The position numbers were made by a program, and so were the translations under genes. From assembly GCA_002633005.1 (NCBI GenBank), contig NMRA01000040.1, positions 1,051,805 through 1,115,804 of the forward strand: DNA of 64,000 bases, in the 5' to 3' direction. The notes below the pieces were generated by a model, which was not told the DNA's origin, did no database searches, and saw only the letters and a program-made list of their open reading frames with translations. This stretch comes from Phoronis australis. Taxonomy: Eukaryota > Animalia > Phoronida. Positions 38,790-50,890 of the stretch are shown piece by piece (position 1 is the first letter of the stretch; every line of letters begins with the position of its first letter).

Positions 38790-39679
38790 GTACTGGTTTG
38801 TAGTAAAAATTAAAATCATTTCCAAATAATTTGATTTTTTAAAGATAATGAGAGCTCATGCTGATGTACAACATTCAATTTTTCACTGGTTTCTGCATAT
38901 TGAATATCCTTTATGTTTATCCGTTGGATGCTTGGTTTTTTAAGATACGCCCACATATTTATTGCCATCATCTCTGTCTGGGCGTCCGTCATTTAGCGTC
39001 TGCAGCTGTATCTCCTAAACCGCCTGCAGGATCTTAATGAGATTTGGCAGATGTGTTCCTATGAAGATGATGACGGATGACTGCGAATTTCGGACGTATC
39101 CGACTACAAGTGTGGCTCCTAGTGGCAATTTTAGTTTTTTACGTTTACCAGTCTGTATCTTCAGAGGTCCTCAACAGATTTTCATAAAATTTGGCTATTA
39201 GGCATCTATTACTGAGATGATGCTATCAACCTGTTTTTGGGTGTATTTGAGGTATTTTTCACTACTTGGTGGCCATTTTTACTGTTTTCGTATCTGTTTT
39301 TTGGCGTCCGCCCCTCTTTCAACCAAACCACTCTAAGGAGAAATTGGCATATGTGTTCCTACTGTAAAGAAGACGGCTGCCCATGATTTCCTGACGACCT
39401 CAACAATTGTGGTGCCTTCTAGTAGCAGTTTTGCTTTATTTACGCCCATGGCTGTATCTCCCAAACTCTGTGCTGGATCTTTATTAAGTTTAGCAAGTAT
39501 CTTTATATGAAGTTGACAACAGACAACGATGACTTTCAGAGGAATCCGAAAAACACTGTACCCCCTTGTGGCAATTTATTTTTATTTGATAAATAGCTTT
39601 CTATTAAGGAAGCAATGACAAGTTCCTGTTTTCGAATAGATTCAACTTATTTTGTGCCATCTACTGGTCATTTTTGTGA

Positions 39680-39680
<1 letters not shown>

Positions 39681-39746
<66 letters not shown>
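39681..39746. repeat. (AGT)~22 microsatellite = 3' tail of the LINE
   Basis: Perfect trinucleotide run at the LINE 3' end. Confidence 0.95.
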
Positions 39747-39747
<1 letters not shown>

Positions 39748-42700
39748 ATACACTTTCTTCACTTTAAGTCAAAAAACAAAAAATACATTTGATACAGATT
39801 TACGCTCATGGAGACTTCGTGAAGTACCCGAGAGGTCCGCTGACCACGGAGCCACCAGAGAATAAGAAAGAAAAAATACAGCGTTACAGATAATCAGAAC
39901 TATAAAAATTAGGTGATAATGTACTTTAAAACTACTTGTGTAAAGACTGGGAGAGATTATCGAAAATAGTTACACACAAAGCAGTTGGGAATAGTGCACT
40001 CAAGTTCATAATTTTCAAAACAAGCATTCTTAAAATAATTCATAACAGAGGATAACGAATGGGTAAAAAGTTTTTGGGAGACACTTTCAGGAAGGTTATT
40101 AATGATATGAGGTAGGGCATTTTGAACTGAATCTTCAGCAAATGATTTAGTACAACGGGGAGTATGTAAAAGATGTCGTTGCCTAGTGTAATGTTCATGA
40201 ACAGACCCACGAGATATTAAATTGAACGTGTTAAAAAATGAAGGTAAGTAATTATGAACATATTTGTAGAAAAATTTAATAATACCAACAACATACAAGT
40301 CCTTTATTTTGAGTATCTGAGTAGTCTTAAATAAAGGATCTGTATGGGCATTAAAATAACTAGAGGTAATATTGCGAATAAACTTTTTCTGTAATTTAGA
40401 TATTCTATGATGTTCACACCCCCATAGCAGAATGCCATAATTTAAATGAGGAAGGCCAAGGCCATTATATATAGTTTTCAAAGTTTCAAAGGGCAAGAAA
40501 TGTTTTATGTTATTAAGAACACAGAATCTGCTTATCTTTCTCAACAAATTGTTTATGTGTGGACTCCATAAAAAGTTTTCGTTGATGGTAACACCAAGTA
40601 AATTGAAAGAACAAACTCTTTCAATTTCCAAATTATTAAACTTTAAATAAAAATCATCAATACGTTTTGGGGATTTATGAAAAACCATGAATTTTGTTTT
40701 AGTTGCATATAAAACCAGTCCATTTACATTTAACCAAGACTGAATTTTCTCCAGCTCCGCACAAAACATGCGTGACTCATTAACAAACAACGTGCTATGA
40801 ATACCATTAATAATAGTAGTATCATCAGCATAGAGTACACAGTCAAAGAAACTTGTGCACTTCACAAAATCATTCATATAAATGATGAATAATAACGGAC
40901 CCAATATAGACCCCTGTGGGATACCTCGTAGAATTGGAACTGTGTTAGATTTTGTATTGTTAATTTGAGCATACTGAGCCCGATTAGAGAAATGGTTTCT
41001 CAAGAAACTTAAAAACAAGGGGTTAAAACCATAATATAAAAGTTTGTCAAGCAAAATTGAATGACTTAAAGAGTCAAAAGCTTTGGAAAGATCAATTAGA
41101 ATAGCCAGGGGTAATTTATTATTTTCCATAGCCTTGACAATTCTATCCATAATTTCAACTAAAGCCAGTTCTGTTGAGTGCCCCCCACGAAAACCATATT
41201 GGGCAGGATGTAGCAAGCCATTAGATTGAAAATATTCGTAAAGTTGATTATAAATAAGTTTTTCAAAAATCTTAGAAAAGCAAGGAAGAACAGAGATAGG
41301 CCTGTAATTATCTAAAAACAACAGGTCCCCTTTTTTAAATACAGGAATAACCTTGGCAATTTTCATGTTGTCTGGAAAAATTTGATTGAAAATGGACTGG
41401 TTAAACACAACACACAATGGTACAATCAATAGATTATTTAGATATTTTATTATTTTCATAGATATGCCATCATGACCACAAGAAGGTTTAGCTGGAAAAG
41501 AATTAATCACTTTTCTAATATCAATAGGAGAAATTGGTTCAAACTCAAATCTGCATGTAGCAGCGGAGTCACGATCTAAAAAAGACATGTGAGATACTTG
41601 AAGAATGAATAGGTAGGGAGTGTGAGGCAATATTACTAAAATAATTATTAAAATGATTAACAATCTCACCCTCGTCACAAACTATTTCATCATTTATCTT
41701 CAATCTAATAGGATTATTCAATAAGACATTTCTATTCAGTAAATTATTAATTTCTTTCCAAGTGTCCTTGGGAGAACCAACATGTGCCGAAACTGATTGT
41801 GATAATAAATTCTCTTAGCCCTTTTCAAAACTTTTTTTAAAATAATGTTATAGGTTTTTAGGTTTGTTTTTAATGAGACAAAATTAATAGCGCTTTGAGG
41901 GGTTGACTTGAGTCGTTTATAAAGCCTGTCTCTAAACCTAAGAGAGTTTAAAATACCTTGGGAGATCCAAATATTCTTTTTATGCTTATATTTATTGAAT
42001 CTTACTTTTCTTACTGTATTGAACTTATTTAAACAAGCAAGAACCGAGTCCAGAAGTAAATTGTAATTCATATTGGGATCACCATTCAAATTTGTATCCA
42101 TGTGAGAAAGTACATTGTATGACGAAAATTCATCATACACCCTTTTCAAACAATCGTCATTAATGACATTTCTGTAAGCAAATGTCAGAGAACCAACTGT
42201 GCACCTCTACTGAGCTTACCCAGCAGGAGATCAAACACTCATTTCAAACAACAAATACAAGCGAAATGGGACAGTGATTGACAGCTCTATAAGAAGAATA
42301 TGTAAAGTAGGAAACAATGTAACAATAACTCACGCAAGTTCATGAAACCCTGCAACTTATGGCAAGACTAGGAAACACTAGAAATCACCACCGGTGGCAG
42401 AGTATTGTAAATGTGAGACCACTAGGCCTAACAGTAGAATGAATTCAAACTATCCTAGAGTAGAAACTATAGTTCACTAAAGTCTGACAGATCCTTGACA
42501 CAGGTTACCGAGTTGTCAAGACGTTTAATAAAAACTTTACCCACAAATGTCCAGCAGCTCAGAACAGACTTTCGCTTGATTAAGTCGCGGCATTTCCTGA
42601 AAACCTGCGCTCTTTTTGGGGTTAAGTTCTCGTTCACAAACAAAGGCTTGTCCGATTTGTACAATGCTTTTCGATTCACAATGAACTTGGTTCTCGCATT

Positions 42701-43408
42701 GAAGGAGACAAACTTCACAATGATAGGTCTTGGTTTACTTGAGGTAGAAGACTCGGGGGGTGGGGGGGGGGGTGCGCCAAGACGATGGCTGCGACTAATG
42801 TCTCTGATATCAATCTCGGCGCTCATATGCTTAGCAAGAGAAAGTATAATGTCATCCATGTTCTCACCTCTTATCTCTTCATAACCACTTACTATGAGAC
42901 TGTTTCGACGGCCATAAGCTTGTTGTTCATCCTGCATAACTTAAAGGTTGTTGATCTTGTGCTCAAAATGACTCTTCATGGCGGCAGCCTCATTTTTCAA
43001 AACATCGATCTCACGGTCTTTGGCCGCTAAAAGTTCACGAATGGCAGTAGTTTGAGCAGAAATAAGCGATTGCAGTAGTTCCGTGAATAAACCTTTAATT
43101 TTGCTGTCTAGGAGCGCGTCTTTTATTTCTTGCTTAATGTCAAATCCTGACTGAGGCCCGGTGCCAGAGCCGGCCATTGGCTTTGATGTCAGAGGTGTAA
43201 GAGTAGATTGCTTCAATGGCTTGGCATCGGGTGTAGAAGCCTTTAACTCGGCACTGTCCTTACTGGCACGTCGTTTGTGAGCGACTTCCATTATGAAGAA
43301 TGATATGCAACAAATTTGACCCTCCGTAGAAACAGATATTCCTCTTGAAATGGAGAAAACTTTCCCTGTTAGAATACACGTGTTGTCTCGGTCATAACGT
43401 GAAGCAAC
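39682..43408 (-). mobile_element. CR1/L2-group LINE: ORF1 plus RT, (TAC)n tail, endonuclease region missing
   Basis: ORF1 43291-42467 (RRNSLIVSG, RSHRLG, RPIIVKF; one in-frame TAA at 42941-42943); RT NYRPISVLP, IDLSKAFD, GIPQGSILGPLLF, LYADD; (AGT)n at 39681-39746. Confidence 0.92.
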
Positions 43409-43938
43409 TGCTGGATCTTTATTAAGTTTAGCAAGTGTCTTTATATGAAGTTGACTACAGACAACGATGACTTTCAGAGGAATCCGACAAACACTGTACC
43501 CCCTTGTGGCAATTTATTTTTATTTGATTAATAGCTTTCTATTAAAGAAGCAATGACAAGTTCCTGTTTTCGGATGGATTCAACTTATTTTGTGCCATCT
43601 AGTGGCCATTTTTGTGATACAAATAAAAGTCCTAAAAGTGCACCATTTGCACGGCCTTCGTGGGTCCATTTCAATGCTCCGCATTGCTCTTAACATGATT
43701 TAAGCATTTTAATTGGTTAAATCACTGTAAAACAATCTTGCATGACCAATTTGTTAATTGTATTTCGGTGAATTTTAACATTTCTATCATGGCAATTTAG
43801 AAGAATGTGTGCATCTCTTACAAACTATGCTAACCAATTCTGGAAAGGGTATTTAACATCAAACCCTGTATTTTTATTCTACAATGTGTAACGTGATAGA
43901 ATCAATGTTTAAACAATGTTTACACCATCCCTGTGTAG

Positions 43939-44351
43939 GAGGAAGACCTAGCCATGATCTCTGCTCAGCAGTACTACATCGATTATGGTGACCTGATGGA
44001 TGCCAAGCGACTCAACACCTTGCTACCCACATACATTCCTGACAGCCCCATGCAGCAGCGCGGGCCTGGCTTCTGGCTCAACATGGTGGCGACAGCTCAC
44101 AAGAAAGCTTACTTCACACGGGAGCGTGCTGCCCCACTCCGTGTCAAGGAAGACATTGTCAACTACGCTAAGTACAAATGGCCTCTGCTGTTCTCACGCT
44201 TCTATGAGGCATACAAATTTGCAGGACCGAGTCTGCCTAAGAATGATGTGATCATTGCTGTTAACTGGACGGGCGTGTACATTGTCGACGACCAAGAACA
44301 AGTGTTGCTGGAGCTCTCCTTCCCAGAGATCACAGCTGTTTCCAGTAGCAG
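43939..44351 (+). CDS. MYO7A: Myosin VIIa exon, FERM-1 F2/F3
   Basis: gtgtAG / AG|gtatg; [11 protein letters not shown]...AVNWTGVY. Confidence 0.95.
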
Positions 44352-44944
44352 GTATGAAGTAGAGGACACTATTGCCTTGCTTATGATACTAACCAAAAGC
44401 ATGTCTGACTAAAGTCGCACTGAGCAATTTCTTTGGAGGAGGTAGATTTGAATAGCTGTTGCCATGTGTACTTTAAATGGAGCTTGTGTTGGAACTTCTG
44501 TACCAGTGACAATTTGTTGTTTATCTTCATGTTTAACATATTTTTTTATTCATTTACTGTAATTATCAATAATTCTGCCCTAAATGCAAAAAAATGAGGA
44601 TTACAAAGTGATAAGGGGATGGGACTTCCATATACTTGCAAACACCAACACTTGCTTGAATTAAGCTGCTATGAACCAGCATTCCATAAGATCTTAAAGC
44701 AAAATTAATGTACTCTTGAATTAAGAACTGCTTGTTGCTCAACTTCACTCAGATTAGCATTGGTGTCTCGTCAAGGGTTGATCACTATTGCCTTAGACCA
44801 TGCTTGGAGTAGAAGTGGTTAGTTTGTTGACAAAAGATGGGTTTATAGGAACTTGATAATAAAAATAATAAAACGTGTAACTGCAGGAATCCATTGCATT
44901 GCTGCACCGAGGCTCTCCTGCATTCTAGTTTTTCAGTTTCCAGC

Positions 44945-47741
44945 TTTTTATGCGCCCACATATTTATATATGGACGCATTATGCCGTCATCTCCGTTAGT
45001 CTGTCCGTGCGGCGTTTGTCCGGCGTCCGCTGCTCTATCTCCAAAACGCCTTGGCGTATGTTCATGAAAATTTGCACATATGTTCCTTCCTTGGATGGGA
45101 CGGCATGATCGAACTTTCAGACGGATCCGACTACCGGTGTGCCCTCTGGTGGCAATTTTAGTTCGTACGTTTACCTCTGTATCTGCAAAAGTCGTGAACG
45201 TATTTTCATAAAATTTGGTATATAGGCACCTATTAGTGAGATGACGCTATCCTCCAGTTTGTAGATGGATTTGATGTAGTTTGCGCCACCTAGTGGCCAT
45301 TTTTTACCGTTTTTGAGTCTGTTTTTTGCGTCCATCCCTCTATCAACTAAACCGCTCAAAGGATGATTGTGAAAATTGACATGTATGTTCTTGCTATGAA
45401 GTGGACGACTGACGAAGATTTTCCAACTACCATATTCGCCATAATAACCGCCCATGCCCCTATAAGCGCCTCCCACGCGTTTTCAGACTTTGCTAATATA
45501 ATCGCCCAGTCCATGAACGTGTACGTGCGAAAAAGCCTTACCTACAGTCCTAAAATTCTACAGTAACGTCTTCAATTTATCAATAATATCCGACAGTCCT
45601 GAAAAAAATCATTGTGCGCAGAATTTGTAGACCACGAGCCTCGCCGCTATGTCGGTATTTAGCCATGACTATACACTTCAAAGTTCCGCCATGCCTCAAA
45701 ACAAACACAAAAGTTCTGCTGATATTGCGAGGACCAATGGTCTGGCCTTTCAGAACAGAAGTAGTGTACTTGTCTACGGGATTGCTTTGTAGATATGTCC
45801 CGCTTTCAACAGGAATCCAAATTTCTTTGTAGGCCTACACGTGAAAACCGCGAATCGAAGACTAATAAAAAGCTTGGCTAGTGTTAAACGCACTTGACCA
45901 GGAAGCGCACGCTACATACACGAACCTGTCATCAAAGGCATTAGTGGGGAACTATCCATTCATGAAACGGGTAGCATAGCATCGGCAAGAAATGAATGTT
46001 GGCACTAATTTCCGACAGTTTCTAATACTATAAAAATGTTTGCGTTATTTTTAGGATGAATTGTTTGATTAACCATAATTGGTGTTTTTAAGCCAAATAT
46101 CCAATAAAATGACCACTGACAGTGAATGCTTACACACCCTTACACCGAAAAATAACTGTCAGTCACATACGCCGCATCCAGCCACACTGCGACTGATATG
46201 GCCTCACCAAGACAAATGTCGAACGTTTTTAGCGACATGAGACCAGCAAGTGCTGAATGAAACACAGTCTGGTTTAGGCCTATACTGCTTGTGCAAATTT
46301 CTTTTGATACAATGCACATCTGTCTCGTTAGATTGCGTGGCTCTGGCCAAAAGACGGTATCCATTCTGCTCTGGCAAATGAACTCTGGTGACACGCACGC
46401 TTACTCACAAACGCAGACAACTTCAAAACAAACGTCACGTGACAACAGACATTTTTCTCATGTTGCCGATCATACATGTAGATGGCACGATGTACTAGCA
46501 CAGATATGTACTTAAACCTGCCGTGATCCCGACTCTACGGGAACTTAAAAATCTTAGGGACGCTACTTGGAAAACTTAAGAAGGATTTCAGGTAATTTGC
46601 TTGAGTCGAAACTGTACTTTTATACAAGCATTCAAGTCGCCATATCGACGATTGCGAGGTAGGCAGTCGGCGAGTTTTCGCCCTGGGATTTCAGCACAAT
46701 TTTCTGTAAAATGATTGTAATTTAGCAGCAAATTTTGATAGCAATGCACCACGGTTTTGTAGAAAGTCTTTCATGGATTACAGATACGTCACAGAGCATA
46801 AATATAATGAATCTTAACTTCTGATTTCACCCGCTTCGGAGACCGGGTTTCAACGGCCTTGGGTTATAATAAGCGTCCCCCCTGAAACAAACTTTTCTAA
46901 GTTCCCTGGGCGGTTATTTTGGCGAATACGGTAGTTCGACAACTGTGGCGCCTCCTAGTGGCAGTTTTGTTTTTTTGCGCTCGTGGCTGTATCTATTAAA
47001 CCATTTGCAGGATCTTTACTTAATTTAGCAATTGTATTTATATGATGTTGACAATGGACAATGACAACTTTCAGATGGATCTGACTACTGGTGGGCCCCG
47101 TAGTGGCAATTTTATTTTTTAATGTTTACTTGTCTGCATCTTCAAAGGTCCTCAATAGATTTTAATAAAATTTTGAATATAGGTATGTATTGGTGCTATC
47201 ATCCTGTTTTTGGATGGAATCAAGATATTTTGCGCCACCTGATGGCCATTTTTGCTGTTTTCAAATCTTGTTTTTGGCATCCACCCCTCGATCAGCCAAA
47301 TCATTCTAGGGATGGTTTTGAAAATTGGCGTACATGTTTTCAGTGTGAAGAGGACGTTTGATGATGGCGACTGACTACTGTGGCGCCTCCTAGTGGTAGT
47401 TTTGTTTTGTTTTGCACCCATTGCTGTATCTCCAAAGCCCACTGCAATATCTTTATTAAATTTAATAAGTGAATTTATATGAAGATAACAGACGACGACT
47501 TTCAGGCGGATGGAACGGACACTGTGTCCACAAGTGGCAATTTCATTTTGTTCTGTTTTCCTTTGTTTCTCTGAAGCTCCTTGACAGATTTTTATGAAAT
47601 ATGGCATGTTCCCGTTTTTGGATGCGTTGTACATTTTTGCGCCATCTAGTGGCCATTTTTATTATACAAATAAATAACCCTAAAAGCACATCATTTGTGA
47701 TGCATTCGTGGGCACATTTCAACACTCCACGTTGCTCTTGT
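44945..47741 (+). mobile_element. HINE family A, copy 5 (interrupted by a Tc1/pogo MITE)
   Basis: Same head, subunits and tail. Confidence 0.8.
45430..46931. mobile_element. Tc1/mariner (pogo-like) non-autonomous element, TA TSD
   Basis: TA|CCATATTCGCCATAATAACCGCCCA ... TGGGCGGTTATTTTGGCGAATACGG|TA. Confidence 0.82.
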
Positions 47742-47841
47742 TTGTTTTTTAAGTATTAGTAATTAAATGTAATTTTAATTGTGTATTTTCTTGATAAACT
47801 AAAGACATCAGAAATGAGTGCTTCTACTAACTGTTTTGTAG

Positions 47842-48011
47842 GACAGGTAAGATGCACGGCCAGAGTTTCACCCTGGCCACAGTGAAGGGGGATGAGTACA
47901 CATTTACGTCACCCAATGCAGAGGACATACGTGACCTCGTGGTCACTTTCCTAGAGGGTCTCAAGAAACGATCAAGGTTCGTCATTGCACTTCAGGATTA
48001 CAACACTGGAG
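47842..48011 (+). CDS. MYO7A: Myosin VIIa exon, FERM-1 end/SH3 start
   Basis: ttgtAG / G|gtgag; [25 protein letters not shown]...ALQDY. Confidence 0.95.
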
Positions 48012-49495
48012 GTGAGGATTACAGTGTGTTTTATGAAAAAATCTGAAACTTTTAATAAGTGGAGTGCTCATAAGAAGCTTTTTGTGGTATACGCGTCTGA
48101 CAATTGCATACTACCATTACTTTTATTCAAATTTCCCCTTCCATGTTAGGTTCCTACTGTAATTGCAGTACTTAATAGTATTTTTATGTGCCCACATATT
48201 TATATGTAGATGCATATTGCCGTCATCTCTGTCTGGGCGTCTGGGATTTACAACTGTACCTCCTAAAATCCCTTGCAGGATCTTGATGGCATTTGGTAGA
48301 TGTGTTGTTATGAAGCTGATGACAAATGACGACGAATTTCGAATCAATTCAACTATTGATATGCACCCGAGTGGCAATGATGATGCCATTCCATTTTTGG
48401 ATGGATTCAACAGTTTTTATGCCACCTTTTGGCCATTTTTGTACTCGTTTTCTGGCGTCCGCCTGTCTATCTGCCATATCGCTCAAAGGATCATTATGAA
48501 AATTTACAGACGTGTTCCTGATTAGAATGCCACGACTTAGGACAGGTCCGACTACTGTTTCTTCCCCTAGTGGCGATTTTTTTTGCATCCACGGCCAACG
48601 ACCAAATCTTCTTAACCTTTTGAAGGAGCTTTGTGAAATTTGAAAGATGCATTCCTACGTAGCCAACGACGAACGGTAACGTGTTGAACTGATCCAAATA
48701 CGTCTGTGCCTCCTAGTGCCAAAATGCTTTTTGCATTTGCCTCTGTATCATTAAGCCTCCTACTGCCATGGGTGCAATTCTGCGACAACAGTTCAATCCC
48801 TTACCAGTGCCGTCGGCGCATATTTGCGACCATGTGACCCAGAATACAGCCTCCAGATAAGGGTCATATTTTAGCCAATTGGCGTCTGTTTTGAAAGCAC
48901 ACCCACAAGATAATGTGGCTAAGCCAATCAAATTTAGTATTACAAAGCATTCATTCAAAAATTCGGCTTCTCACGATATCAAAACGCACGTGATTCGCAA
49001 GTCAAAAGCACGTTTTGAGATAGTAAACAATGGCAACCGAGTTTGAGGACAGTTGTTTAGATGCAGTTTATGCGATTTTTGCGAACGATTCTGATAGTGA
49101 CGAGGAGTTTGAAGGTTTTACCTTAGAAGAGATTGATGAAGGGCAAGTTGACGTTGACTTGGATGCCGCTCTGCAGCACGGTGGTGAGGATTTACCGGAG
49201 GAATGGGTGGCTGACCCAGGAAACTTATCTGTGCGATCGTGGTGTCCGGAGTTTGCTGAAATACCTGGGTGTTGCGGGATTTTAGTGGATACAAAACCCG
49301 TGAACTACTTCAAACTTTTTTTTCGACGACCATTTTGAGGATGATTTGCGCCCAAACAAACATTTACGTGGATCAAGTTGTCGCGCAAAGTCAGCGGTTA
49401 TCGCGACACTCGCGTTTGCAAGTCTGGGATTCCATGTCACCTGGAGATATCCGTGCCCTGACGGCACTTCAAATATCTATGGGCCTTGTGAAAAG

Positions 49496-50001
49496 CAGGG
49501 CTTGGAATTTTCCGCGGAAACGCGGATTTCCGCTTTTTTTCAAATGTGCTTTCCGCTTTTTTATAATATTTCCGCGTAAAAAAATCGGATTTGATATAAA
49601 ATTTCCGCGGCAAATTCCTTTCTTACCGCGGTGTTGCAGACGACATTCACCTCGAAAAGCGGAAGTTGCTCTTTATGTTTCGGAGGAACGTAAATTGTCA
49701 ACATTGCCGGGGCATCTGGGACCGCGAGGTGTGATTTTCAATGGCGTCTCGTGTTATTGTTAAGCGCGGCGGCAAATACTACCGCTCTGCAGCCAAAAAT
49801 GTGTGGGTTGGGAGTGGACGGGCGAGTTAAAAGGACGCAGACGCATGCTACTGCTGGTGGTAACGTTTTTTTTTTTTTTTTTTAGTCCTCCCGATTTTTG
49901 TCGGGGAAAGGTTCACACTGACCATTTCAAGACTGTTTATGGGGCATGATTTGGGCCGTAAAAGTTTCCGCGTTTTTTGTCATTGGTCATTCTAAGCCCT
50001 G
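49496..50001 (+). mobile_element. MITE, CAGGGCTTGGAAT TIR, 6-bp TSD GAAAAG
   Basis: Removal restores the transposase frame GLVKRPSVQHHW. Confidence 0.88.
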
Positions 50002-50098
50002 GAAAAGACCATCAGTTCAACATCACTGGAACACTTAATCGATATTTTCAAACAATTTTTTCTTGTCAATCATGTCACGCAATAAATTTTTATTAATA

Positions 50099-50890
50099 CA
50101 CATAGTGTACCTAATTATCGAATGGACTCTAAATATCGGACATTTCATAAAATCTTACTTGAAGCATAATCCGAGAATTAAATGACGCCAATTTTTGTTC
50201 CGCTGTAATGCATTCAATGTCCAGCACCGTCTCTTTTTTTTGATTTCACCGAAAGAGGGTGCAATTTAGACCCCCAAGTCACCCTAATATGGACGATTGC
50301 ATAAATCGGTTATAAAATTTGAAAACAAAATCTTTTTCTGCAACGATACCATCTCGTTAAACTGACAATATGTCACTGTTCCATTTTTTCATTTGTTTTT
50401 AAACTCAAGTCAAACCCCAACCGCGCACGTGCAGGTGTCATATCAAGAAGCCAAAGAGATACTAAAAACTGCAGTGAGTTTGCACGTGCTTTAGTCCTCT
50501 GCACTGATTCATCGAAACGACTTGGCATCGTCATCAGATATCATTTTATGGATAATTTTGTTGTGAATGGATCTCTGTTCTAGCAGCATATATATCAAAA
50601 CACTTGGCTACAAGGTGCTCGCGGTCATTACATGGTTAGTCAGTTTTCCGCGGTGTGGCGTATGGAGAAACATGGTGTACGATATTTAGGTTCTCCGAAG
50701 GTTTGCTAGTTGTGTTCTTCAAAGATCTGTCGGAACATAAATGTGTCTTTCGGTGACAAGATATAGTAACAGAACAATTCCGTAAAGGTAAATCTTTATT
50801 TCAGCAAAGAATTTACAACAATCCGTAGTATTTTCAATTAAATATAATGCAAATTGTGCCAAAACGTCCGATAGTTAGGTCACTTGACTG
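50099..50890 (+). mobile_element. Tc1/mariner-type MITE, TA TSD
   Basis: Imperfect TIR (..ACCTAATTATCG); removal restores MSRNKFLLISGLLHFVNN; reverse copy at 57721-58534. Confidence 0.85.

Larger units (their letters stand above)
38944..43691 (+). mobile_element. HINE family A, copy 4 (interrupted by a CR1-like LINE)
   Basis: Same head, subunits and tail as the other copies. Confidence 0.75.
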
